A DNA stretch of 19,799 nucleotides. Source: Candidatus Thorarchaeota archaeon (GTDB lineage: Archaea; Asgardarchaeota; Thorarchaeia; Thorarchaeales; Thorarchaeaceae). Both the position numbers and the translations under genes were made by a program. The notes below the pieces were generated by a model, which was not told the origin of the DNA, ran no database searches, and saw only the letters and a list, made by a program, of their open reading frames with translations. The stretch is from contig JAEOTX010000002.1 of NCBI GenBank assembly GCA_016839605.1, positions 1 through 19,799 on the forward strand, written 5' to 3'. Positions 1 to 8,451 of the stretch are shown piece by piece (the stretch's first letter is position 1; the number at the start of each line of letters is the position of its first letter).

Positions 1-1295
1 CCGTTTCAATGGAATGGGATATCGATGACGGTCTTACTGATCAGAAAGGAATCGCTATTGACTTAGGTACTACAACAATTGTAGCCTACCTGATTGATAT
101 GGAGAGTGGGATCCAAGTTGGACAATCCGCATCTCTGAATCCTCAGGTCATTTATGGCGAAGATGTCATGTCGCGAATAGCTTATGCGCAAAGAGAGGAG
201 GATGGCGCGAAGACTCTCAAGGACGTTGTCTTGCAGAGGCTGGATGAACTCATTATAGATCTGGCATCATCATCTGATACGGACATTCGAGATATCACGA
301 GATTGTCAATTGTTGGCAATCCTGCAATGCATCACTTGCTATTGGGATTGGATACTGCATCTCTGGGAAGGTCACCATTTGAACCAGTAATACGAGATGC
401 TCTATTTACAAACGGAGAAGTCCTAGGACTCAAATCCGGTCCTGAAGCAAGTGCGTATATTGCCCCCAATATAGCAGGATTTGTAGGCGGGGATACCTCA
501 GCCTTCATTCTGTCCCAGCGATTGGATGCCACTGAGGAGATTGTGCTTGGCATTGATATTGGAACGAATGGCGAGATTGTTCTCTCAGTGCGAGGTGAGT
601 TGTTCTGTTGCTCCGCTGCAGCTGGCTCAGCTTTTGAGGGGGCGACAATAAAACATGGAATGAGGGGGCAAGAAGGGGCAATAGAGCATCTGGTAATCAC
701 GAATCCGGAAGAGGCGCCCGAATTATTCGTCATTGGTGAAGCATCACCCAGGGGGTTATGCGGATCAGCAATTGTAGATGTTGCGGCGCAACTGAAAGAA
801 TCCGGGATTGTAGAGTCAGGAGGGCAGATGCTAGAGTCAAAAAGAGTGTTGGAAACCAGAGATGGTAGAGCATACCTCATTTCTGACCCTGAAGAAGGCA
901 ACGCGGAACGGAGAATCGTCTTCACTCAAAAAGATGTTAGACAGGTTCAACTAGCAAAAGGAGCTATTCTCGCAGGAGCAAGCATTTTGATGGACTCTGC
1001 GGGAATAGGAGTTCCAGATATCGACAGATTACTACTAGCAGGTGCATTTGGGAACTACATTGATCCAGTGAATGCACTTGCAATAGGGCTTCTCCCACCA
1101 ATTGCATTAGAGAAGGTAATTCCTGTTGGAAATGCAGCTGGAGAAGGAGCAAAAAGGATGCTCTTGTCATCCAAAGAAAGAGCTCTGATCGAGAAGATAG
1201 TGAAGAGTGTCAACTACATTGAATTAGCACGACACAAGAGCTTTGAGAAGATCTTCATTCGAGCTACAGTGTTAGATGCAAAAATGCCCATCTAG
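1..1295 (+). CDS. ASKHA-domain (DUF4445/RACo/RamA-like) ATP-dependent reductive activator of corrinoid proteins, probably 5'-truncated
   Basis: Two ASKHA phosphate loops, AIDLGTTT and GIDIGTNGE, plus NPQVIYGEDVMSRI, GLCGSAIVD, TQKDVRQVQLAKGAI, LAGAFG and GNAAGEGA. The frame is open to the window edge upstream of ATG 9, and the usual N-terminal Fe-S domain is absent, so the gene likely begins before base 1. Confidence 0.9.
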   Translation, partial: VSMEWDIDDGLTDQKGIAIDLGTTTIVAYLIDMESGIQVGQSASLNPQVIYGEDVMSRIAYAQREEDGAKTLKDVVLQRLDELIIDLASSSDTDIRDITRLSIVGNPAMHHLLLGLDTASLGRSPFEPVIRDALFTNGEVLGLKSGPEASAYIAPNIAGFVGGDTSAFILSQRLDATEEIVLGIDIGTNGEIVLSVRGELFCCSAAAGSAFEGATIKHGMRGQEGAIEHLVITNPEEAPELFVIGEASPRGLCGSAIVDVAAQLKESGIVESGGQMLESKRVLETRDGRAYLISDPEEGNAERRIVFTQKDVRQVQLAKGAILAGASILMDSAGIGVPDIDRLLLAGAFGNYIDPVNALAIGLLPPIALEKVIPVGNAAGEGAKRMLLSSKERALIEKIVKSVNYIELARHKSFEKIFIRATVLDAKMPI

Positions 1296-1305
1296 CAGCG
1301 TCAGC

Positions 1306-1331
1306 ATAATGAAACATATATGTTAGATTAT
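1306..1331. promoter_or_regulatory. Imperfect 26-bp palindrome, candidate operator overlapping a TATA-like element
   Basis: ATAAT-GA-AACATATATGTT-AG-ATTAT, with 22 of 26 positions self-complementary, in the intergenic gap upstream of the corrinoid protein gene. Confidence 0.4.
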
Positions 1332-1424
1332 TTGAGAAGCCCCTAGAGGATGTAGTGAGAAATCTGACTGCTCCAGAAGAGCACAGATGATAGGCTATAA
1401 TCGAACAGGAAAGGTGCAAGCCCT

Positions 1425-2048
1425 ATGAATGAACTCACTCAGGCATTAGCGGAGCTCGAAGAGAATAGCGTCCAAGAAATGGTCGAGAAACAGATTGCAG
1501 AAGGCAAAGATCCAATCAAGATTCTCGAAGATCTAAAGGACGGAATGGATATCGTAGGCAAACGATTCTCAGAGAACGAGTACTTTCTAGTTGAACTGGT
1601 TATGTCTGCGGACATCTTCAACAAGGCATTGGAGATTTTGGAGCCAAAGCTAATAGAAACTCAGTCAGGAGTGGAGAAGGGCAAGGTCGTCATAGGAACT
1701 GTCAAGGGTGACATACATTACATAGGAAAGAACCTCGTTATCGCATTTCTCAAGTCCAATGGATTTGAGGTCTATGACCTGGGAGAGGATGTTGCACCAG
1801 AAGCCTTTGTTGACAAATTAAAAGAAACAGGTGCCGCAATCCTGGCTTTGAGTGGATTGATTACAACCACGCATGACGTTATGCGTGAAACGGTCAATGC
1901 ATTGGTGACTGCAGGCATCCGTGACAACGTCAAGGTCATGATAGGCGGATGTGATGTCAATCAAGAGGTTGTGGATCATACTGGAGCAGATGGTTTTGGA
2001 AGGGATGCAGTCAGTGCAGTGGAGATAGCCAAGAAGTTCTTGACCTAA
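1425..2048 (+). CDS. Cobalamin-binding corrinoid protein (MtaC/MttC/MtbC-like methyltransferase cognate)
   Basis: N-terminal helical cap (GMDIVGKRFSENEYFLVELVMSA). B12 motifs DxHxxG (GTVKGDIHYIGKNLV), SxL (LSGL) and GG (MIGG). AGGTG SD upstream. Adjacent to the RACo gene. Confidence 0.93.
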   Translation: MNELTQALAELEENSVQEMVEKQIAEGKDPIKILEDLKDGMDIVGKRFSENEYFLVELVMSADIFNKALEILEPKLIETQSGVEKGKVVIGTVKGDIHYIGKNLVIAFLKSNGFEVYDLGEDVAPEAFVDKLKETGAAILALSGLITTTHDVMRETVNALVTAGIRDNVKVMIGGCDVNQEVVDHTGADGFGRDAVSAVEIAKKFLT

Positions 2049-2099
2049 TCTACTTTGATTTCATGCGAAACGGCCAAATGGTAGTTCTCCTAGGGTGTT

Positions 2100-2984
2100 G
2101 TGATTCAGTTGCCTGGAGATGAGATAGCAAAGCCATTGGATATTAGTTGCACTAGAACTTGCGATTGTCCTCCAAAACATATCAACTGCTTGACTGCGAA
2201 AGAGTGGATGCAGAACCAGATTGCTGTTTGGGAATTCTACTATGAAAAACGAGACATCCGAAACAAGAAGCTGCATCCCGCAGTCTTTCCAATTGCACTT
2301 CCGAAGAAATGCATTGAGCTCTTTACACATCGAGGAGAGCTTGTCATTGACCCATTTGTGGGCAGTGGAACTACCCTGCTAGCTGCAAAGGACACAGGGA
2401 GAAACGCAGTTGGGTTCGATTTGAAGCAGGATTATGTTGAGCTTTCAAACGAAAGGATGAAACCTCTTCAGAAAAACAACGGTATGCAGCTGGCAATATG
2501 CGATGAGGCGCATAATTTGAATGAGTATTTGAATGAGGAAACTGTATCTCTCTGCATCACTTCACCGCCCTATGCCAATTTGCTAAATCGAAAGAGACGA
2601 AACAAGAGCATCCGTGGCAACCTCAGAAAAGACGAACACTATCTCGAAGTACAACAATATTCAGACGACCCAAGAGACCTCGGAACTATGGATGTGAAGA
2701 AATACGCAGAAACGATTGGTACAATCTTTGAGAGAATTCTCCCACTAATGCGTCATAGAGGTCACTGCGTGATCAATATCACCGACTATTGGTGGAAGGG
2801 TCAGAGAATACCAGCACACGTCTATGTGATAGAAGCGCTTCAGAAAGTGGGCTTCGAACTCAGGAACACAATCATCTGGGATAGGAGGAATATCGTGAAC
2901 AAAGCAGGGATTTTCGGCTGGCCCAGCAATTATATCACTCTCTCAACAACATTTGAGTACTTGCTGCATTTCTGGAAACCGTAG
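2100..2984 (+). CDS. Site-specific amino (N4-cytosine/N6-adenine) DNA methyltransferase, orphan, permuted motif order
   Basis: HPAVFP...DPFVGSGTT (motifs X and I, SAM binding) precede the catalytic motif IV TSPPY, followed by LRNTIIWDR and FEYLLHFWK. SPPY favours N4mC. The exact start is uncertain (GTG 2100 or TTG 2109). Confidence 0.88.
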   Translation: MIQLPGDEIAKPLDISCTRTCDCPPKHINCLTAKEWMQNQIAVWEFYYEKRDIRNKKLHPAVFPIALPKKCIELFTHRGELVIDPFVGSGTTLLAAKDTGRNAVGFDLKQDYVELSNERMKPLQKNNGMQLAICDEAHNLNEYLNEETVSLCITSPPYANLLNRKRRNKSIRGNLRKDEHYLEVQQYSDDPRDLGTMDVKKYAETIGTIFERILPLMRHRGHCVINITDYWWKGQRIPAHVYVIEALQKVGFELRNTIIWDRRNIVNKAGIFGWPSNYITLSTTFEYLLHFWKP

Positions 2985-2992
2985 GATGCCCT

Positions 2993-4072
2993 TCATATTC
3001 CAAGTGCTGAGAAGACTAAATCTTGGACCTTCTGAGTGTTTTCTTTCACCTCAGCCCATATACTGTCATCATCCTCGAAAGGCGGAGTCTGCGTGGGAGG
3101 TTTATATTCATGACCAGTGAGAACAGACATCACTACACCCGCTCCACATCGAAAGACGTTCCTATTGTAGCCACCACCTGAAACGACACCAAGACGACCA
3201 TTTGCCCACCTATGAGCAGCAGAATGGATTTTCTCCGCGACATAGCGAATCGTGTCCATTGTCAGATTCATGTGAGTCAGAGGGTCATCATAGTGTGCAT
3301 CAAACCCAGGAAGGAAGAGAATGAATTCCGGTTGAAAGAATTGGAGGAGGGGAGGTACAATCTCATCGAAAGCATATCGATATACAGCATCTCCCGAGTC
3401 CATCGGAAAGTGCATGTTAACATTGTAACCGCGACCTGATCCATGCCCGATGTCCTCTATGAAGCCATCATGCGGATACATCCACTCAGGGTCTTCATGG
3501 AATGAGATTTGCATGACTCCAGGATCATCATAGAAGTATGTCTGAGTTCCGTTTCCGTGGTGAACATCGAAATCAGCAATCAGTATCCGCTCGTATCCTT
3601 GATCTTTGAGATGGTAGACTGACGCTGCAACGTCATTGAAAATACAAAATCCTCCTCCGGTTTCGAAACGGGCATGATGAAACCCGCCAGTTGGACTGTA
3701 GATGTGATCTGCTTCTTTCGAGTGAATGGCGTGGATACCAGTCACAGTTGCGCCACTAGTGATTCTGGCATTATCGTATATCCCCTTGAAACCCGGAGTG
3801 TCAATATCGATTTCGCCCTCTCCAGTTTCGGATATTCGCCTAACCTTATCCAAATATGCTTGTGAGTGAATCCGATTAAGAAGAGAGTTCGATAGAGGCT
3901 TCGGTTTGATGATCTTTACATTGGGATATTCAAGGAATCTGGTTTCCTGAAGAAAGTCCCTGACCATTTGAAATCGTCCTACACGAATCGGATGTTTGGA
4001 GCCAAAGTCAAAGGTCTCTAGTTCGGGACTCCAGGTAAATCCAACATTGCATTTGGGGAGGGAAGGACTCAT
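2993..4072 (-). CDS. Zn-dependent histone deacetylase superfamily protein (AcuC/class I-like)
   Basis: GGFHHA, GGFCIFND, DFDVHHGNGTQ, SFHE, GFDAHYDDPL and GGGY; all catalytic and metal ligands are present. Confidence 0.93.
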   Translation of the reverse strand: MSPSLPKCNVGFTWSPELETFDFGSKHPIRVGRFQMVRDFLQETRFLEYPNVKIIKPKPLSNSLLNRIHSQAYLDKVRRISETGEGEIDIDTPGFKGIYDNARITSGATVTGIHAIHSKEADHIYSPTGGFHHARFETGGGFCIFNDVAASVYHLKDQGYERILIADFDVHHGNGTQTYFYDDPGVMQISFHEDPEWMYPHDGFIEDIGHGSGRGYNVNMHFPMDSGDAVYRYAFDEIVPPLLQFFQPEFILFLPGFDAHYDDPLTHMNLTMDTIRYVAEKIHSAAHRWANGRLGVVSGGGYNRNVFRCGAGVVMSVLTGHEYKPPTQTPPFEDDDSIWAEVKENTQKVQDLVFSALGI

Positions 4073-4092
4073 TATGGGGTTGTTTTGAGCAC

Positions 4093-4107
4093 ATGCTTAT
4101 ATGCTTA
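4093..4107. promoter_or_regulatory. Candidate shared TATA box for the divergent deacetylase and propeller genes
   Basis: TTATAT at 4097-4102 lies about 25 nt upstream of the minus-strand ATG at 4072 and about 40-45 nt upstream of the + strand start. It sits inside the direct repeat ATGCTTA-T-ATGCTTA. Confidence 0.35.
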
Positions 4108-4141
4108 CACGAGCAGAACTTCACAAGGTGCTTGTTCGAAG

Positions 4142-5578
4142 GTGAGATTGCGCGAAGTCGCAAGGGTGCCTGTTTCTGCTAACGCATACAGTCTGTATGT
4201 TAGGCAGCAAAAGGACGCCCGAGCGCAGGTCTTTTCATTGGACTATGGAGAAAGACTGCGGATTTACGACACAACGGGGTCTCTAAAGACATCTAGGGGA
4301 TACAGCAGCAAGGTTCGTTGCATAGCTGTTGCAGATGTTGAGAGTAGTGGAGAGGATGCCCTCGTTGGAGGAGCTGGAAAAAGAGTTCTAGTTGTGGACC
4401 AGAAAGGCCGTGTCCTATGGAAGAATGACCTCGAGAGCACAGTCATCGCCTGTGATGCTCGAGATGTTGATGGGGATGATGCGGCGGAAGTTGTTGCTGC
4501 TCTCCAAAACAAGCGAGTCATTCTCTGGAACCATGAGCAGACTGCGCTGTTCAGTCGCACAGTAGAACAGGCGATTTCAGACGTCTGGTTGGAGGATATC
4601 ACAAACGACTCAGAGCTTGAGGTAGTTATAGCACAACGAAAAGGTACTGTATTGATTCTCTCTGCAGCGGGCTATGAACTAAAGCGACTTGAGTTAGGCA
4701 ACGCGATAACTGTCTTTGGCGTCTTGACTTTTGGTAAAAGAAAGCTTTTCGTCACAGGAAATCATTCTCCACAGCTCCAGATATGGGACATCGATGGAAA
4801 TGCGGTTTCATCTATAATGCTTCCCGCTCCGCCAAAGGCATTAGCTACTGGAATTCCAGATGATGTTTCTGATATCGCGTATCTGGTTGTGAGTACACGT
4901 AACCGGAAGCTCATCTTCTGGGAGGCTCAAGACACAGTCAAAGTCAAGAAGTCAGAAAAGGCCACTCTTCAAGAGATAGAGTCAACAAAGATGACTCTCT
5001 ATCGACGAGTAATTAAATGTGGAAATTGTGGAGCACCAACCTCACCTGAAGCCTTAGAATGTACATCATGCGGAGCGAAGCTAGAAATGCTTGATGAGTA
5101 CGTGATTGAGGAGTACATGCAAGATAGCATAGAATCAATCACATCCAAGCACAGCAGAATTCAGCTTAAGGAATTGGACAGAATTCTCAGGAAGACACTT
5201 CCTAGACCTGCAGCGTACAATCTGAGAAGAAGCATCCAAACAATGATCAAGAAGGGTCTACTTGACGGTCATTTTGACGGAGATGTCTTTGTACGAACAG
5301 TGGAAAAGAAACCTAAGAGAAAAGAATCCCCATCAAAGGCGGCGACAAATGCTGCTGTCAAGCTTGCAAAGGATCTACTAGACAAGCAGGATGGCTTTGA
5401 TATCGAACTTGTAGAAAATGAAACAGGTATACCGCGCCAAATCCTGCGCAGAACTCTGATCATACTCCTTGGTGAAGGATTGATTGAAGGGATTCTCATG
5501 GGCAATGTCTTCACTTTGGCTAAGGAACAGAACATTCGGAAATTTCTGAACATCTTTCAAAAGGAACTAGAGGCGTAA
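4142..5578 (+). CDS. Beta-propeller (FG-GAP-like repeats) + Zn ribbon + tandem PCI-like winged-helix protein
   Basis: Repeats ADVESSGEDALV, RDVDGDDAAEVV and EDITNDSELEVV, and WD-like QIWDIDG. Zn ribbon CGNCG...CTSCG. Two C-terminal repeats, MIKKGLLDGHFDGDVF and LLGEGLIEGILMGNVF. The start was moved from the track's 4085 to GTG 4142 (or TTG 4148) because 4085-4141 overlaps the likely promoter. Confidence 0.7.
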   Translation: MRLREVARVPVSANAYSLYVRQQKDARAQVFSLDYGERLRIYDTTGSLKTSRGYSSKVRCIAVADVESSGEDALVGGAGKRVLVVDQKGRVLWKNDLESTVIACDARDVDGDDAAEVVAALQNKRVILWNHEQTALFSRTVEQAISDVWLEDITNDSELEVVIAQRKGTVLILSAAGYELKRLELGNAITVFGVLTFGKRKLFVTGNHSPQLQIWDIDGNAVSSIMLPAPPKALATGIPDDVSDIAYLVVSTRNRKLIFWEAQDTVKVKKSEKATLQEIESTKMTLYRRVIKCGNCGAPTSPEALECTSCGAKLEMLDEYVIEEYMQDSIESITSKHSRIQLKELDRILRKTLPRPAAYNLRRSIQTMIKKGLLDGHFDGDVFVRTVEKKPKRKESPSKAATNAAVKLAKDLLDKQDGFDIELVENETGIPRQILRRTLIILLGEGLIEGILMGNVFTLAKEQNIRKFLNIFQKELEA

Positions 5579-5597
5579 ATCGAAAGGAGGCAGTGTT

Positions 5598-8444
5598 ATG
5601 GATATCAGCAAACGAATTGTAGTAACATTTGTAGTCGTGTCACTGGTGCCAATTCTAATTATAGCAGGTCTATCAGCTACCACGGTATTTGATACTTCCA
5701 ATGAAAATGCTGCAGATGCTTCTGAAGCGCTAAGAACTGAAGAATTGGCCAATCTACTGAGGATATCAGAAGACACTGCAACCTTCATACAAGAAAGAAT
5801 GCAGCAGTATTTTGATGGAGTCTATATGATGGAAAGGTACTGTGAGGACCTTTTCAATGGCAGAATCAATGCCACACCCCAGTACTCCTATTTCTGGGAC
5901 CCTTCGTTGGAGTGGCTTCATAGTGGTCGAAATATACCAGGGAGAAATCCAGCTACATACGATGAAGCATACGACTCGAATGACATCTCCTTCGATGTCA
6001 GCTGTTGGTACATGCCAACTGATGATTACCAAACACCGAATGATCCATGGGATTGGAGTCCTACAACTCAAAACCTCATAGAACTCTCAAGTAATATGGA
6101 CAATATCTACCGTTCATTACATGAGGCCAGTGAGGACTATATTTGGTTATACATGGGATTCTCTCCGGATATCAGTGACACGCGGCTCTTCAGGAACTAC
6201 CCCTATGACAATCTATTCTACTTCGAAGACTGGTACGAACCGGGCGACTATGATCCTACAATAGAAGAGTGGTATCTCAACGCGGCATCCATCCTAGATG
6301 ACAGCATTGCATTCACAAGTCCTTATGGAGACCCCTCAACGGGTCTTGTCATATCAATGGGGCGGCCCGTAAGATTCGACAATGGAACCCTCATTGGTGT
6401 TGTTTCAGCCGACGTGACACTTGATACGATTATGGCCAATGTATTAGGAATCGAGGTTCTTGACAGTGGATATGCCTATCTATTGGAGTCGGATGGTGGT
6501 CTTATTGCTCACCCGGAGCTAGTCACAGAGGGTCAGACTCTGAACGAGGCGGAATTTGCAGGGGCCAGTTCATCGGAGATTGCTGCATTTACTGCTCTTC
6601 TTCCTGCAATGCTCTCAGCAGAAAGCGGGCAGGATACATTTCAGAAACGAGGAGAGGAATGGTATGTCACCTATTCAAAGGTGAATGTGACAGGATTCGT
6701 TCTTGCCATTGTCGTGCCTACCGCAGAGGTGGTAGGACCAGCTACAAATATCCTCAGCTTAGTTCTGGGTCAAACATTCATACTCACAATATTACTGGGT
6801 GCAATGCTCGCAGGAGTAGCTGTGGGTGTTGCCTTCATTTCCTACAGAAGAGGCAATGCAGTAGTTGAACCAATCAAAGAAATGACACGTCTAGTGACAA
6901 AGATGGCAGGACAAGACTTCACTCGTGGCGTATCTACAGCAGGAGCAATGTATGAAGAAGTTGGGACCACAGTTGACGCGTTGCTGAACTTCCAGGAAGC
7001 TATCAGGTTTGGAAATCAAGCTTTCATTCGTGGTGACCTGAATAGAGCCCTTGCAAACTACCAGAATTTGCTCGAAATTAGTCGGAGTCTCCGCATCGAA
7101 ATTGGTGAGCAGACTATGTATCTGAATATCGGAAACGTGTTTCGTCAGCGCGGAGACACTGGGAACGCAATGGACTACTACGAGCAAGCTCTTGCTCTGG
7201 CAAAGAAGATACTTGAGAAAGCCCGCGAAGATGGCGCAGAAGAAACTGATGCATTACTTAGAGTCGCCTCAGCCTATCACAACATGGCACTTGTCGAGAT
7301 GGACAAGAACAAGCCCGAAAAAGCTATGGAATTGCTGGAGGATGCTTTGGCAATCGACCTCACGCTAGGAAATCAAAGAGGCCTTGCTAAGCGCTTCGAC
7401 GCACAGGGACTTGTCCTGGTAAGAGAAGGTAGATACAGCCAAGCCCTTTCAAAGTTTGAGGAGGCACTCAAGACTGCCGCAGCTGAAGGCTACGAAAGAA
7501 GCATGGCATACATTCACTATCACAAGGGTGAGCTCTTTCAGGTGCAAGGGAAACTGAAGAAAGCTGAAGATGAATACAATGATGCAATCAGCCTCGGTGA
7601 GATCACTGAGGAGTTTTGGCTGGTCGTCTATGCAATGCAGAATCTAGCTGATGTCCTGGATCAGCGAGATAAACCGAGTCACGAGCTGAGGCGCAAGGCA
7701 GAGAGATTGAAACGTTCAATCATGTTCAAGAAGAGTGTCATTCTTGTCATTGACTACTCTGGGAGCATGCAGGCTCAGAACAGGATCAGAGCTGCAGTTC
7801 AAGGTGCTAAGGAGATCGTTGAGAGTCAAGTCAATCCACAGGATGAAGTGAGCATCATTGTCTTCAACTCATCATATCGAGAGATTCTCTCACTCACGAG
7901 AAAGGGAGAGTATGAGCGCCCAAGAGACAGTCCGATAATTCGTGCCCTAGATTCCCTTAGACATCCCAATTATGCAACCGCATTCTATGATGCCTTAGGC
8001 AGGGCTCTAGAGGAACTTGATAGAATCCAGACAAGCGAACATAGATGGGTAATCGCCTTGACCGATGGTCAGGACAATAGCTCCGAAAAGTATTCACTGG
8101 ATGCATTGGAGGGAATCTTTACCGAAGAAGATAGACATCGAAGGAAGAGACCACTGACAATAGAGGGATTCATACGGGACAATCATCTCGATGTCAACCT
8201 GATTATCATCGGTGTGGGGGATGAGCTGAAGGCCCCCATTGAAGCTAGGGTGAGATCGCCGGCCACAGGACGAAGAATGACATTCGAGGAATTGCTGGAC
8301 TCGGTATGTGACTACATTCCTCAGGGACAATATCTCTCAGTTGTTGACAGCATAGACGTCCGGAGTGACATTGAGAAAGCATTCCAGGAGGTCGGAGTGA
8401 TGATGGCTCAATTGGAAGTGGGAGGAAGTACGGTAGATTTCTAG
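5598..8444 (+). CDS. Membrane receptor: TM - dCache - TM - HAMP - TPR repeats - vWA domain
   Basis: TM1 IVVTFVVVSLVPILIIAGL. Cache signature YDPTIEEWY...FTSPYGD...GVVSADVTL...SGYAYLLESDGGLIAHP. TM2 FILTILLGAMLAGVAVGVAFI. HAMP EPIKEMTRLVTKMAGQDF...EEVGTTVDAL. TPRs such as YLNIGNVFRQRGDTGNAMDYYEQAL. vWA MIDAS VIDYSGSM...TAFYDAL...LTDGQDN. GGAGG SD at 5586-5590. Confidence 0.88.
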   Translation: MDISKRIVVTFVVVSLVPILIIAGLSATTVFDTSNENAADASEALRTEELANLLRISEDTATFIQERMQQYFDGVYMMERYCEDLFNGRINATPQYSYFWDPSLEWLHSGRNIPGRNPATYDEAYDSNDISFDVSCWYMPTDDYQTPNDPWDWSPTTQNLIELSSNMDNIYRSLHEASEDYIWLYMGFSPDISDTRLFRNYPYDNLFYFEDWYEPGDYDPTIEEWYLNAASILDDSIAFTSPYGDPSTGLVISMGRPVRFDNGTLIGVVSADVTLDTIMANVLGIEVLDSGYAYLLESDGGLIAHPELVTEGQTLNEAEFAGASSSEIAAFTALLPAMLSAESGQDTFQKRGEEWYVTYSKVNVTGFVLAIVVPTAEVVGPATNILSLVLGQTFILTILLGAMLAGVAVGVAFISYRRGNAVVEPIKEMTRLVTKMAGQDFTRGVSTAGAMYEEVGTTVDALLNFQEAIRFGNQAFIRGDLNRALANYQNLLEISRSLRIEIGEQTMYLNIGNVFRQRGDTGNAMDYYEQALALAKKILEKAREDGAEETDALLRVASAYHNMALVEMDKNKPEKAMELLEDALAIDLTLGNQRGLAKRFDAQGLVLVREGRYSQALSKFEEALKTAAAEGYERSMAYIHYHKGELFQVQGKLKKAEDEYNDAISLGEITEEFWLVVYAMQNLADVLDQRDKPSHELRRKAERLKRSIMFKKSVILVIDYSGSMQAQNRIRAAVQGAKEIVESQVNPQDEVSIIVFNSSYREILSLTRKGEYERPRDSPIIRALDSLRHPNYATAFYDALGRALEELDRIQTSEHRWVIALTDGQDNSSEKYSLDALEGIFTEEDRHRRKRPLTIEGFIRDNHLDVNLIIIGVGDELKAPIEARVRSPATGRRMTFEELLDSVCDYIPQGQYLSVVDSIDVRSDIEKAFQEVGVMMAQLEVGGSTVDF

Positions 8445-8451
8445 GAGGTGA

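Noticed and set aside
332-925. 197-aa antisense ORF and the many other short overlapping ORFs in the track
   Set aside because: They are shadow frames of well-supported genes, with Ser/Pro-rich or motif-free translations.
1345-1424. Possible cobalamin riboswitch upstream of the corrinoid gene (AGGAAAGGTGCAAGCC resembles the AGGGAA..GGTG.AA.TCC element)
   Set aside because: The match abuts the start codon and is explained by the AGGTG Shine-Dalgarno. There is no room for the downstream GCAACTGT or B12-box elements.
4085-4141. ORF-track N-terminal extension of the propeller protein
   Set aside because: It starts 12 nt from the divergent gene's start and covers the only TATA-like element, so GTG 4142 or TTG 4148 is more plausible.
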